Below are positions 17,970 to 28,512 of a stretch of 48,491 nucleotides of DNA, piece by piece. How positions within the stretch are numbered: position 1 is the stretch's first letter; every line of letters starts with the position of its first letter. The notes below the pieces were generated by a model. It made no database searches. It had not been told where the DNA came from and saw nothing but the letters and a program-made list of their open reading frames with translations. Source of the stretch: an uncultured Veillonella sp. (lineage in GTDB: Bacteria; Bacillota; Negativicutes; Veillonellales; Veillonellaceae). The position numbers and the translations under genes are program-made. Location: assembly GCA_900549845.1 (NCBI GenBank), contig URPT01000001.1, forward strand, positions 1 through 48,491, written 5' to 3'.

Positions 17970-19118
17970 ATGTTTCAACGTATCATAGCAGCTACGATGA
18001 TCGGCGCGTTGGCGCTCACAACGGGTTGCGGTTTACATAATCCATTTACTTCTAAGGCGGAGCCTGTCACCTATGAATCTGTGGCTCAGAGCGAGCTTTC
18101 ACCAGAGCAAAAGGTGGATAAATTAGTGGCTAATATGTCTGATGCAGACAAGGTGGGCCAATTGTTGATGATTGGCATCCACGGCAAGACATTGAATGAT
18201 GATGCTAAGTTTATGATCAATGAGTACCGCGTGGGCGGCATTATCTTGTTTGACCGTAATATGGAGTCCAAAGATCAAGTGAAGTCGCTCATTGCGGATA
18301 TTAATAAAACTGGTAAAAGCGCGGGTTTAACGCCATTATTCATCGGTATCGACCAAGAGGGCGGTGCCGTAGCGCGCATGGAGGACCAGCTCATCAAGGT
18401 TCCTCCTGCTGAAGAGTTAGGCAAGGAGCCTATTGAGCAGGCGGTATCCTTGGCCAAACAGTCTGGTACGGAACTTAAAGATCTGGGATTCAACATTAAC
18501 TTTGCTCCTGTGGCAGACTTGGGCTTAACCTATGGCCGTTCCTTTAGTACGAACCCTGATGAGGTCGTACGCTATGCCAGTGCAGTAGGCAAGGCCTATG
18601 ATGAAGCGGGCTTGTGGTATTCTTACAAACACTTCCCAGGTATTGGTAAAACGGATGTCGATTTACATGCTGATACCAGTGTTGTGCCAGTGTCTAAAGA
18701 GACATTGTTGAATGAAGATACAAAGGTATTTGTAGACCTCATTAAACAGTCTAAACCGAATACATATGCAATTATGGTGTCTCATGCGATGTATCCTCAA
18801 ATCGATCCAGACCATCCATCTAGTCTATCTAAAGCTATCATTACAGATTGGTTGCGTAAGGATATGGGATATAACGGCGTTGTCGTAACGGATGATATGG
18901 ATATGGGCGCTCTTGCTAAACACTACACCTTCGGCGATATGGCGGTTCAATCTATTTTGGCTGGCAGTGATATCTTGCTTGTATGCCACGAGTACGAACA
19001 CATGCAAGAGGCGTACAATGGCCTTATGAAAGCTGTAAAAGACGGCCAAATCTCCAAAGAACGACTCGATGAATCTGTGAAACGAATCTTGCTTATGAAG
19101 ATAACTAAAATTTCTTAG
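17970..19118 (+). CDS. nagZ: GH3 beta-N-acetylhexosaminidase-like lipoprotein
   Basis: Lipobox TTGC, DQEGG.V.R, NFAPV.D, KHFPGIG....DLH, TDDMDMGAL. Confidence 0.85.
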   Translation: MFQRIIAATMIGALALTTGCGLHNPFTSKAEPVTYESVAQSELSPEQKVDKLVANMSDADKVGQLLMIGIHGKTLNDDAKFMINEYRVGGIILFDRNMESKDQVKSLIADINKTGKSAGLTPLFIGIDQEGGAVARMEDQLIKVPPAEELGKEPIEQAVSLAKQSGTELKDLGFNINFAPVADLGLTYGRSFSTNPDEVVRYASAVGKAYDEAGLWYSYKHFPGIGKTDVDLHADTSVVPVSKETLLNEDTKVFVDLIKQSKPNTYAIMVSHAMYPQIDPDHPSSLSKAIITDWLRKDMGYNGVVVTDDMDMGALAKHYTFGDMAVQSILAGSDILLVCHEYEHMQEAYNGLMKAVKDGQISKERLDESVKRILLMKITKIS

Positions 19119-19203
19119 ACTATTTGTTTTTGTTGGCAGGAATTAATTAATCATATAACGAATATAGAAAGTGGAAGTACTATTCATTGAAATCGCATCT
19201 GAG

Positions 19204-19233
19204 TTGACACTCAAGGGAGAACTTTGTTATAGT
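19204..19233 (+). promoter_or_regulatory. Near-consensus sigma-A promoter for the RNA/abi unit
   Basis: TTGACA(19204)-18-TATAGT(19228) with extended TGn. Confidence 0.75.
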
Positions 19234-19238
19234 TATTA

Positions 19239-19309
19239 CACAGAGAAACTGTGCGAAGCTTACGGGCAACGTACAACGCTCGTCGACTCAAGGGTCGGCG
19301 AGCTTTTTT
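19239..19309 (+). ncRNA. Three-hairpin RNA upstream of abi gene (abiF-type RNA / candidate antitoxin)
   Basis: CACAG-AGAAA-CTGTG, TACG-GGCAA-CGTA, GCTCGTCGAC-TCAAGG-GTCGGCGAGC plus T6, between the promoter and the RBS. Confidence 0.65.
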
Positions 19310-19326
19310 GTTTGTAGGAGGGACTT

Positions 19327-20310
19327 ATGTCTAAGCCGTTTAAGTCTTTAGATTCCCTATTACGCTTGATGAGAAAACGAAATATTACAATTGGAAAGGG
19401 GAGCGAAGGTAGTAGAGTTAAAAGAATTTTAGCGAGAGATAACTATTATGCAGTAATTAATGGATATAAAGACATTTTTTTAGATAATAATGCAACATTA
19501 AATAGTGGTGATGACTATTATGTAACTGGGACAACATTCTTTCAAATATATGGATTATATTGTTTTGATCGTAATTTGCGAATTATTTTATTAAAAGCTC
19601 TATTGCAAGCTGAACAAAATATTTGTACTAAAGTATCTTATCGTTTTTCGGAGGTATATACATCTGAATTTAGTCATTTGAATGTAAATAATTTTTCTAA
19701 AACAAACTTACCAAAAGCGACGGAATTAGTCTCTAAATTATCTAATGCTACACAACGTAATGCGAGACATACGATGTTTTCTCATTATTTAACAACACAT
19801 CAAGATTTACCATTATGGGTATTGGTAACAAAACTTACATTCGGTGAAATTACTAATTTTTATAAATTAATTACACCTAATATACAAGAGAGAATATTAA
19901 AAGATATACATAAGGAATATACTGGTGAGTATAAGGTATCTATTACTGATCCAACATCTACTTTGATACCTGTTTTTAGTGAAATACTAGATGTTCTTGT
20001 GGGTTATAGAAATGTATGTGCGCATGGAGACAGACTTTATAACCATAGAATTATAGGTCCAAAGAAAACTATTAAAAAATTAACATATTATTTTGTACAA
20101 ACTCCAAAAGGCAGTGAATCTTCAGTATATGGAGTGTTAATATCTTTAAGATTACTATTGCCTAGAATATCGTACAAGTGTATTATTGATGAGGTAATTA
20201 ATGAATTAATACTTTTAAGTGAATCGTTACCTGTTATACAGTTTAATCAGGTCCTAGCCAGAATGGAGTTAACACTTCAATGGAAACAAACCTTAGAATT
20301 ATTACAATGA
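19327..20310 (+). CDS. Abi family (AbiD/AbiF-like, Abi_2) HEPN protein
   Basis: KPFKS...L..R.I, NYY.VINGYK, LY.FDR.LR, PLWVL...LTFGE, HEPN motif RNVCAH..RLYN. Visibly AT-richer than its neighbours. Confidence 0.88.
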   Translation: MSKPFKSLDSLLRLMRKRNITIGKGSEGSRVKRILARDNYYAVINGYKDIFLDNNATLNSGDDYYVTGTTFFQIYGLYCFDRNLRIILLKALLQAEQNICTKVSYRFSEVYTSEFSHLNVNNFSKTNLPKATELVSKLSNATQRNARHTMFSHYLTTHQDLPLWVLVTKLTFGEITNFYKLITPNIQERILKDIHKEYTGEYKVSITDPTSTLIPVFSEILDVLVGYRNVCAHGDRLYNHRIIGPKKTIKKLTYYFVQTPKGSESSVYGVLISLRLLLPRISYKCIIDEVINELILLSESLPVIQFNQVLARMELTLQWKQTLELLQ

Positions 20311-20348
20311 TTATATAGTGTATACATAACACAGCTTCAAGGATTTTT

Positions 20349-20402
20349 ATAAACCGATAGAGAATTACTTAGTATAGTTATTCTCAATCGGTTTATTTTT
20401 TT
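20349..20402 (+). terminator. Terminator after abi
   Basis: ATAAACCGAT.GAGAAT... / ...ATTCTC.ATCGGTTTAT followed by a T-tract. Confidence 0.65.
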
Positions 20403-20419
20403 GCTAGGAGTGATTGTAT

Positions 20420-21571
20420 ATGGCTCGGAGAATTATGTTGAACGGTACGTCCTATTTTGGGCAAGGGGCGATTCAGGAGATTGTGAACGAAATTAAGAAT
20501 CGCCATTTTAAAAAGGTCCTCGTTACGTCTACACCTGATTTATTTGAGTTTAAGGTGGCTACAAAGGTAACAGACCTACTTGATGCGGCAGGTATTGCTT
20601 ACGATGTATATGACAATATTAAGCCAAATCCAACCATTGAAAACGTAACATCTGGTGTGGCTGCTTGTAAGGCGGCAGGTGCTGAAGCTATCGTTGCTGT
20701 AGGCGGTGGCAGTGCTATTGATACAAGTAAAGCTATTGCTACGATTATTACAAATCCTGAGTTCGGTGATGTGCGTAGCCTTGAAGGAGTGGCTCCTACG
20801 AAACATCCATGCTTACCGATTATTGCTGTGTCTACTACATCTGGTACGGCAGCAGAGGTTACGATTAACTACGTTATTACAGACGTTGAAAAGAACCGTA
20901 AATTCGTTTGCGTTGACCCTCATGATATCCCAATCGTAGCCATCGTAGACCCTGATATGTCCGCATCGATGCCGACAGGTCTTTGTGCGTCTACAGGTAT
21001 GGATGCTCTTGTTCACGCTGTAGAAGGTTTCATTACAAAAGGTGCATGGGAGCTCACTGATATGCTTCATTTGAAAGCCATTGAAATTATTGGTCGTTCT
21101 TTGCGTAGCGCCGTAGCTGGTGACTTCGCAGGTCGTGAAGCCATGTCTCTTGGTCAATATATTGCAGGTATGGGTTTCTCCAACGTAGGCCTCGGCATTG
21201 TTCACTCCATGGCACATCCATTGAGTGCTGTCTACGATATCCCTCATGGTAAAGCTTGTGCCATGCTGTTAACAGCAGTCTTGAAATTTAACGCCCCAGC
21301 CACAGGCGAAAAATATCGTGAAATCGCTCGCGTTATGGGCGTTCCTGATGTGGATAGCATGAATCAAGAAACATATCGTCAAGCTGCTATCGATGTGATC
21401 CAAAAACTTGCTGATGATGTAGGCATTCCTAAATCATTAAGCGAAGCGGGCGTAAAACGGGAAGACATTCCATTCCTCGCTGAATCTGCGTTCAACGATG
21501 CATGTACACCTGGTAACCCACGGGATGTATCTAAGGAAGACATCATCGGTATTTACGAATCCATATTCTAA
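20420..21571 (+). CDS. fucO: Lactaldehyde reductase (iron-containing ADH family)
   Basis: R..LN.TSYFG.GA, PNPT, GGGS.ID, TTSGTAAEVTINYVITD, GMGFSNVGLG.VH.MAHPL, D.CT.GNPR. Confidence 0.88.
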   Translation: MARRIMLNGTSYFGQGAIQEIVNEIKNRHFKKVLVTSTPDLFEFKVATKVTDLLDAAGIAYDVYDNIKPNPTIENVTSGVAACKAAGAEAIVAVGGGSAIDTSKAIATIITNPEFGDVRSLEGVAPTKHPCLPIIAVSTTSGTAAEVTINYVITDVEKNRKFVCVDPHDIPIVAIVDPDMSASMPTGLCASTGMDALVHAVEGFITKGAWELTDMLHLKAIEIIGRSLRSAVAGDFAGREAMSLGQYIAGMGFSNVGLGIVHSMAHPLSAVYDIPHGKACAMLLTAVLKFNAPATGEKYREIARVMGVPDVDSMNQETYRQAAIDVIQKLADDVGIPKSLSEAGVKREDIPFLAESAFNDACTPGNPRDVSKEDIIGIYESIF

Positions 21572-22023
21572 GGAATTTTAAGATTTGATAGCATATAGTG
21601 TTTTATGATGTATAGGATTTAATACTATAATATGGTATCAATATTTAACTAGTCTAAATATTTTGCTAGTCTAAATAATCTAATAGTCTAAATGATGCCT
21701 AGCTCTAGCCCTAAGAACTTTACATCTTTAGAATCTTTACATATTTCAGATGCCTCCGAATATGTAAAGAAAATACATTTACACACTTGCTTAACAAAAC
21801 TAGCCATCTCATGTTAGAGGTGGCTAGCTTTGCGTTTGAAGAGATATCTGTTTTGTGACTCGGATTTTATCTCCAGTTTAGTGAGATTGCTGTTTGATAC
21901 GTAATCCTTTCTTGAAAATGGTGGTTTACATAAGTATACTAAGGATATGAATACATAGTTCGGTTGTATATATATATATTATTAGATAATACGTCAGATT
22001 TGGTCATTGCTAAGGAGGATGTT

Positions 22024-23574
22024 ATGAAGCTATGGAAATTTAATAAGCGCAGTTCTACCTTAGCAGATATGTCCATGAACCGTATGTTGTTAACGGAGCT
22101 CATTGCAAAGGGCGCTCTTGTGGGTGTCATTGCAGGCTTCTGTGGGGCTACATATCGTTATTTAATCCTTGAATCTGAACATATTCGTTGGCATTTGATG
22201 GACGGTATTACCTTGGAATGGGCCATAGGATGGCTTGTGATGATGGTCATCTTTGCCTTTATCGTAGATCGATTGCTCGCATGGGCTCCATTATCTGGGG
22301 GCTCTGGCATTCCTCAAATTGAAGGGGAAATGCTGGGACTCTTTGATATGAAGCCGTATCGGACGCTGGCTTCCAAGATGATTGGTGGCGTGTTGACTGG
22401 TTTTGCCGGCTTTTCTGTAGGTCGTGAAGGCCCAGCCGTACAAATTGGTGGCTCTGCCGGCAAGATCGTGTCCTATTGGATGAATTCAGGACTGCGTGAG
22501 CAGCGTATCTTAACCTCTGCTGGTGCAGGGGCAGGTTTAACTGCTGCCTTTAGTGCACCTGTATCGGGGGCGATGTTCGTCTTTGAAGAGGTCCATAAAA
22601 GCTTTTATCCGTACCTCGTTGTGCCCACCTTCGTGGCTACCTTGATTTCTAATTATATTACGGTTAGTATCTTCGGTCTCGAACCAGCCCTTGGATTTTC
22701 GGTAACCTCCGGTGTTCCTCTTGAGTACTTCCCAGTCCTTCTTATGGTTGGCCTTATCATGGGGCTTTGTGGGGTGCTATTCTGTCGTATGATTTTTGCA
22801 TTCAAGAAGTTCTTTGACTGGCTTAAATGCTCTCGATTCTTGAAATTAGCCCTTACCTTTGTGGCTGTAGCGGCCATCGGTTTTGACTCTCAGCTCCTCT
22901 TGGGCGGTGGTAATGATCTGGTTGGTCATCTTGCCTTTCAATCTCATGGAGTCTTGCTCTTAGGGGGCATCGTATTAGGGAAGATTTTACTTACTACCTT
23001 CTGCTATGGCAGTGGTGCGCAAGGCGGTATATTCTTGCCCATGCTCGTTATAGGGGCTTCGGCAGGTGCCTTTTGTGAAAGTTTACTTTCATCTGTGGGC
23101 ATTATTTCTCCTGATTTTGTACCGCAATTCGTTATTTGTGCCATGGGCGGTATGTTAGCGGCGGCGATGCGGACCCCAATTTTGGCGATTTTGCTCGTCC
23201 TTGAAATGACGAATAGCTTCTCTAACATTTATGCTATCGGTACCGTTACAATCGTGGCTTACCTTGTGGCAGAGCTATTAAAAGAACCGCCTATTTACGA
23301 TTCCTTATTACAAGCCATGAGTGGTCAAAACAATTTAGAATCTGTACAAACCTTCTTCCAAACAAAGGTTCCTGTAGTAGCGAACTATACAGATGTACAA
23401 CTACAAGACTTGGCCTTGCCAGATGGGACACTCATCGTAAGTATTCGTCGTAATGGAACATACATTGTGCCGTTAGGGGATGTAAAACTTGAACCAGGTG
23501 ACGAACTACAAGTCTCTTGTGAACGAGGAAGATTAAAAGCAGCGAAAGAATTTTTCCAATCGAATCAGTTATAG
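22024..23574 (+). CDS. ClC-family Cl-/H+ antiporter with C-terminal TrkA-C/RCK_C domain
   Basis: GSGIP, GREGP, GIFLP, PIY motifs. C-terminal LP....V.IRR......P.G...LE.GD.L. ATG at 22024 after AAGGAGG. Confidence 0.9.
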   Translation: MKLWKFNKRSSTLADMSMNRMLLTELIAKGALVGVIAGFCGATYRYLILESEHIRWHLMDGITLEWAIGWLVMMVIFAFIVDRLLAWAPLSGGSGIPQIEGEMLGLFDMKPYRTLASKMIGGVLTGFAGFSVGREGPAVQIGGSAGKIVSYWMNSGLREQRILTSAGAGAGLTAAFSAPVSGAMFVFEEVHKSFYPYLVVPTFVATLISNYITVSIFGLEPALGFSVTSGVPLEYFPVLLMVGLIMGLCGVLFCRMIFAFKKFFDWLKCSRFLKLALTFVAVAAIGFDSQLLLGGGNDLVGHLAFQSHGVLLLGGIVLGKILLTTFCYGSGAQGGIFLPMLVIGASAGAFCESLLSSVGIISPDFVPQFVICAMGGMLAAAMRTPILAILLVLEMTNSFSNIYAIGTVTIVAYLVAELLKEPPIYDSLLQAMSGQNNLESVQTFFQTKVPVVANYTDVQLQDLALPDGTLIVSIRRNGTYIVPLGDVKLEPGDELQVSCERGRLKAAKEFFQSNQL

Positions 23575-23614
23575 CAAAGAGCTTTTTCCAATCTAAGTAA
23601 AGGGAGGCCCCATT

Positions 23615-24409
23615 ATGTTGGATAATATTATAGTATTTTATATATTCTTTACTATAGTTGGCTTTTTAGCCGCTATGCTTGGCACCATCATTGGTGCTGG
23701 CGGAGGGCTTGTATTTGTACCTCTCTTTATGTACTGGTTCCCTGAGTGGTCTCCGTCTATGATTGTAGGGACATCGCTATTTTCTGTTATGTGTAATGCG
23801 ATTTCTGGATCCATTGCCTATATTAAACAGAAAAAGGTACTCATCAGCGCAGCTATTGTATTTAGTTTAGCAACTTTACCAGGTGCTATCTTAGGGGCTC
23901 AAATGTCTGGTTGGTTTTCTGGTAAAGGCTTTATGTTTGCCTTTGGGTGCTTTATGCTCTGTGCTTCTGGTTTGATCGGGTTTAAGAATTTCCGTAAAGG
24001 GGAGCGGAAGGAAGAAAGTCTTACCCTTGATCAGCTAACCTATAGCAAGCCTATCGGTATTAGTATTAGCTTCTTTGTAGGATTTATCTCCAGTATCTTT
24101 GGTATCGGTGGTGGTCTCATCCATGTGCCTGCCTTGATTTATCTCATGGGGTTCCCAACCCATATGGCTACGGCTACGAGCCAATCTATCCTTGCTGTAT
24201 CTACAACGATAGGTGTTATAACACATTTAATCGAAAATCATATCGTATTTAGTATTGCTATCCCTACTAGTATTGGTGCTATCTTTGGTGCTCAAGTAGG
24301 GGCGCGCATTGCTAAACGTTTGAAAGCAAAATCCATCCTAGCCCTCATGAGTGTTGCCGTCTTTGCGTTGGCAGTACGTCTTATTCTTAAATCTGGTATT
24401 CTTGGATAA
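23615..24409 (+). CDS. TauE/SafE family (sulfite exporter-like) permease
   Basis: Duplicated G.GGG...VP....A.ATS/GTS halves. Confidence 0.88.
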   Translation: MLDNIIVFYIFFTIVGFLAAMLGTIIGAGGGLVFVPLFMYWFPEWSPSMIVGTSLFSVMCNAISGSIAYIKQKKVLISAAIVFSLATLPGAILGAQMSGWFSGKGFMFAFGCFMLCASGLIGFKNFRKGERKEESLTLDQLTYSKPIGISISFFVGFISSIFGIGGGLIHVPALIYLMGFPTHMATATSQSILAVSTTIGVITHLIENHIVFSIAIPTSIGAIFGAQVGARIAKRLKAKSILALMSVAVFALAVRLILKSGILG

Positions 24410-24892
24410 TATAAGCCCTCTAGTGGTTGCTCGACAGAGTTATTACTAGAGGGCTTTTTATATGTAAAGAAACTATGAATGGGCGTATTAGGCAGGCAAT
24501 TAAAAAGGTATGAGTAAAAGTCATAGTTAAATATAAATGAGAACGAGAAAACTAAAACAAATAAATTATACCGAAATTATGCATAATTTTTGCAAACTAT
24601 TTCCTATAGAATTATATGCAGTGTAACTCATGTTTTATGGGATGTTTAGTACTCATTTGTTATGGCGTAATGAATATACTTAGTAAATAAAATAGTTTTA
24701 ATATAACATATGAAAAGATGAGTACATGATAATGCTATTGAGATGCACTTTCAACTAAAGAAATAAAAACACAGTGCATATCGAGAATTGTTAGGAGACA
24801 TATAATTTATGCATAATTATAGTAGTGAGAATGAGAACGGCGTATACTAAATATAAGACAAATTCCTTAAGAGAGGATAGGAGGAAATATAA

Positions 24893-27715
24893 GTGAGTAT
24901 GCTTACTAGAGATTATGAACGTTTTGCCAAGGAGGCAAAAGAGATTTGTAAAGATCGTGTGTATACCGATCATTTACGTCGTTATGCATATGGCGTTGAC
25001 GCGTCCTGCTATAGCTATTTACCAAAGGTTGTTGTAAAGGCTGAAGATGAACGGGAAGTAAGACGCCTTATTCGTTTGTGCCAACAATGTGGTACACCAT
25101 TTACATTCCGTGCGGCTGGTTCTTCTTTGTCTGGTCAATGTTCCAGTGAAGACGTGCTCATCGTATGTAATGATGGCTTCAAAAAAATGGAAGTTATCGA
25201 CGATGGCAAGGCTTTAAAATGCGAATGTGGTGTTATTGGTTCTGATGCCAACGATTTGTTGAAACCATACAACCGCAAAATCGGTCCAGATCCTGCTACT
25301 CTTGCAACAGCATTAGTAGGCGGTATTTTGAACAATAACTCCTCTGGTATGTGCTGTGGTACGGCTCAAAACTCCTATAAAACTATCCGTTCCATCCGCG
25401 TTGTATTGCTAGACGGTACTGTTCTTGATACATCCGACAAAAAATCCATTGAACAATTCCTTCGTGAAAAACCTCAAATGGTAGAAGAAATCTTGCAATT
25501 GCGCAAAGAAATTTTAGCCGACGAAGAATTGACACATTTGATTCATCACAAATACAAAATCAAAAATACTACGGGCTATGGCTTGAACTCTCTTGTTGAT
25601 TTCGAAGATATCATCGACATCATCAATCACTTGTTCATCGGTTCTGAAGGTACATTGGGCTTCGTATCTGAAATCGTGTACAACACTGTTGAAGACGTAC
25701 CTCATAAAGGTTGCGGTCTCATGTTCTTCAAAACATTGAACGATGCATCCTTGGCCGTTGTAGCCTTGGCTAATATGGGCCGCGATAAGGTTGTAGCTGC
25801 AGAAATGATGGACTATCAATCCCTAAAAGCAGTTCAAACTCTTGAAAATGTACCAGACTTCGTTCGTGAAGTGCCAGAAGGTACAAGCGCTATCTTGTTC
25901 CAAACTGAAAGCTACTCCAAAGAAACTGTAGATGAAAATTTAGCTTTTATTAAAGATAAATTGAAAGATATTCCAACAGCTATCCCAAGTCTTTACTCTC
26001 AAGATCCTAAGGAATACGATTCTTGGTGGGCTATCCGTAAAGGTATCTTGCCAATCGTTGGTGGTCAACGTAGAAAAGGTACTACTGTTATCACAGAAGA
26101 CGTTTGCTTCCAAATCGAAGACTTCACTAAGGGCATCGAAATGCTTACTGAATTATTCCACAAATACGATTTCGTAGACGGTGGCGTAATCTTCGGTCAT
26201 GCTTTATCTGGTAACGTTCATTTTAACATTACACCTGATTTCAGCGACCCTAAAGATACTAAGAACTTCGGCGACTTGGTAAAAGAAATGTCTGAACGCG
26301 TATCTGGTTTCGGTGGTTCTTTGAAAGCTGAACATGGTACAGGCCGCATGGTAGCACCATTTGTTGAAATGGAATGGGGCAAAAAAGCGTACGAAATCAA
26401 CCGTCGCATCAAAGCCATCTTTGACCCTGAACGCATCTTGAACCCTGATGTTATGATTACTGATGATCCAGATGTGTACAAGAAAAATCTTAAAGCTCAA
26501 TGCGTTATCGATGATGCTTTCACAATCTGTATGGAATGCGGTTTCTGTGAAAAACATTGTCCAAGCCGTAACTTAACATTGACTCCACGTCAACGTATCG
26601 CATTGTTGCGTGAAACTAAACGCCTTGAAAACGAAGGCAACTTCACATTGGCATCTGAACTTAGAAAAGGTTACGAATACTTCGGCGTAGATACTTGTGC
26701 TGCTTGCTCTATGTGTAAAGGTCTTTGCCCACTCAGCATCGATACTGCTCAAATCGCATTGTCCATGCGCCGCATCGATCCACCTGCACCAGAATTGGCT
26801 AAGAAAATCTACGATAACTTCTCCACAACACTTCAAATGTGCCGTGCTGGTGTAAGTCTTGAAGGCATTGCAGGCTCTATCATTACACAAAAAGCGATTT
26901 CTAAGATTACTGAAGGCTTACATGGCGTAACAGGTGTTACACCATATGTACCTAAAACAACTCCTAAGGCTAATCGCTATAAATTGAAAAACCGCATTAA
27001 ACCTACTAACTTTGAAAAGGTTGTATACTTCAGTACTTGTGCGAACCGCGCATTCAAACCAAACCAAGGTTATGACGATGATCGCAGCTTACAACAAGTT
27101 GTAGAAAGCCTCTGCAACAAGGCTCATATCGATATTATTTATCCTCAACATATCGAAAACCTCTGCTGTGGTTTGAGCTTTGAAAACTACGATGACGTTC
27201 ACGAACGTGCTGTTAAGGACTTGCACGATGCATTGATGAAAGCATCTCAAAATGGTAAATATCCAATTGTGATTGACCATAGTGCATGCTTTAACCATGC
27301 GTTCAAACACATGCCAGACTTAGAAATCAACGATATTTCTGAATTCTTGTGCAAATACGTAGTACCTCATCTCGATATTGAAAAATGCGATGAACGCGTA
27401 ATCGTACACAAACAATGTAAGATTAAATCTTTGAATAAATCCCAATACATTGAAGACTTGGCTCGTCTATGTACAGACCATGTATTCAACATTAAATCCT
27501 TCGCATGCGACGGCTTTGCTGGTCAAAAAGGTTTCTTCACACCAGAACTTAACAAAGCTGCTACAAAAGACCTTGCTGGTGAAATTGCTGAATACGGCGC
27601 AACACTAGGCGTAAGCTCCAGTTCCACATGTGAAATTGGCCTTGGTGAAAGCGGTGGAATCCCATTCGTAGGCGTTGCATTCCTATTAGACCGTTGCTCT
27701 AAAGCAAAAAAATAA
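24893..27715 (+). CDS. FAD-binding, 4Fe-4S-containing D-lactate dehydrogenase (Dld-II type)
   Basis: FRAAGSSLSGQ, GPDPA, NNSSGMCCG, GSEGTLGF, GSLKAEHGTGR, CMECGFCE..CPS, CAACSMC...CP, C-terminal CCG domains. Confidence 0.88.
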   Translation: MSMLTRDYERFAKEAKEICKDRVYTDHLRRYAYGVDASCYSYLPKVVVKAEDEREVRRLIRLCQQCGTPFTFRAAGSSLSGQCSSEDVLIVCNDGFKKMEVIDDGKALKCECGVIGSDANDLLKPYNRKIGPDPATLATALVGGILNNNSSGMCCGTAQNSYKTIRSIRVVLLDGTVLDTSDKKSIEQFLREKPQMVEEILQLRKEILADEELTHLIHHKYKIKNTTGYGLNSLVDFEDIIDIINHLFIGSEGTLGFVSEIVYNTVEDVPHKGCGLMFFKTLNDASLAVVALANMGRDKVVAAEMMDYQSLKAVQTLENVPDFVREVPEGTSAILFQTESYSKETVDENLAFIKDKLKDIPTAIPSLYSQDPKEYDSWWAIRKGILPIVGGQRRKGTTVITEDVCFQIEDFTKGIEMLTELFHKYDFVDGGVIFGHALSGNVHFNITPDFSDPKDTKNFGDLVKEMSERVSGFGGSLKAEHGTGRMVAPFVEMEWGKKAYEINRRIKAIFDPERILNPDVMITDDPDVYKKNLKAQCVIDDAFTICMECGFCEKHCPSRNLTLTPRQRIALLRETKRLENEGNFTLASELRKGYEYFGVDTCAACSMCKGLCPLSIDTAQIALSMRRIDPPAPELAKKIYDNFSTTLQMCRAGVSLEGIAGSIITQKAISKITEGLHGVTGVTPYVPKTTPKANRYKLKNRIKPTNFEKVVYFSTCANRAFKPNQGYDDDRSLQQVVESLCNKAHIDIIYPQHIENLCCGLSFENYDDVHERAVKDLHDALMKASQNGKYPIVIDHSACFNHAFKHMPDLEINDISEFLCKYVVPHLDIEKCDERVIVHKQCKIKSLNKSQYIEDLARLCTDHVFNIKSFACDGFAGQKGFFTPELNKAATKDLAGEIAEYGATLGVSSSSTCEIGLGESGGIPFVGVAFLLDRCSKAKK

Positions 27716-27743
27716 GATTTATAACATTACCTACCATATAACG

Positions 27744-27774
27744 AAAAAGGACGAGTTGCGGCTCGTCCTTTTTT
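27744..27774 (+). terminator. Intrinsic terminator
   Basis: AAAAGGACGAG-TTGCGG-CTCGTCCTTTT followed by more T. Confidence 0.85.
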
Positions 27775-27904
27775 GTATATAGTTTTGGTATAATTGTAAT
27801 GTATTTAATAAATTATAAGTTACTACTACATATTGTCATCATATTAAATAATGAATATATACGACATAATGTGGTTGTATATATAGATAATATAGAGGTA
27901 TGGT

Positions 27905-28510
27905 ATGAAATATATTCTATTATGTATATGTTTGCTTAGCCTATTAGGTTGTGGCACGGACACTAAGACTCAGGAAAACACTAAACCTACAACAGCTAAT
28001 GAACAAGCTAAAACAGATCAAGGCCAAGATGCTCATGTAATGGCAGCTAAGCAGGCTCTATCCTCTGGCGATTATGCTAAAACCATCGAGGAAGCATCAG
28101 CTTCTATTAAGGATAATCCTAATAATGCAGAGGCGTACTCCATCCGTGGCTTCGCTACGGCGTTGAGTGGTGATACCGCTAAAGGTTTAGTAGATACTAA
28201 AAAATCATATGATTTAGATCCTAATAATGTAGCGAATTACTACAACATGGCCATGGTGTACAAATTACAAGGCCAATTAAATGAGTCTAAACAATGGTTT
28301 GAAAAGGTATTAGAAAAGGACCCTCGTAACACCTGGTCTGTGTACGGTATTGCTACCATTTATGCAGACCAAGGGGATGATACGAAGGCCCTTGATTGGC
28401 TTGAAAAAGCAATTAAAATTGATCCATCTGTGAAAGCTGTGGCTGCTGAACAAGACCATTTTGAACGCTTTCACAATAATGCGCGATTTAAAACATTAGT
28501 AGGATTATAG
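27905..28510 (+). CDS. TPR-repeat lipoprotein
   Basis: Lipobox LLGC and several TPR units (A..Y..A...NP.NAEAY; DP.N...YYN.A). Confidence 0.85.
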   Translation: MKYILLCICLLSLLGCGTDTKTQENTKPTTANEQAKTDQGQDAHVMAAKQALSSGDYAKTIEEASASIKDNPNNAEAYSIRGFATALSGDTAKGLVDTKKSYDLDPNNVANYYNMAMVYKLQGQLNESKQWFEKVLEKDPRNTWSVYGIATIYADQGDDTKALDWLEKAIKIDPSVKAVAAEQDHFERFHNNARFKTLVGL

Positions 28511-28512
28511 GT

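Noticed and set aside
22024..23574. Fluoride-specific CLC-F exporter
   Set aside because: It carries canonical GSGIP/GREGP/Y motifs rather than the CLC-F signatures.
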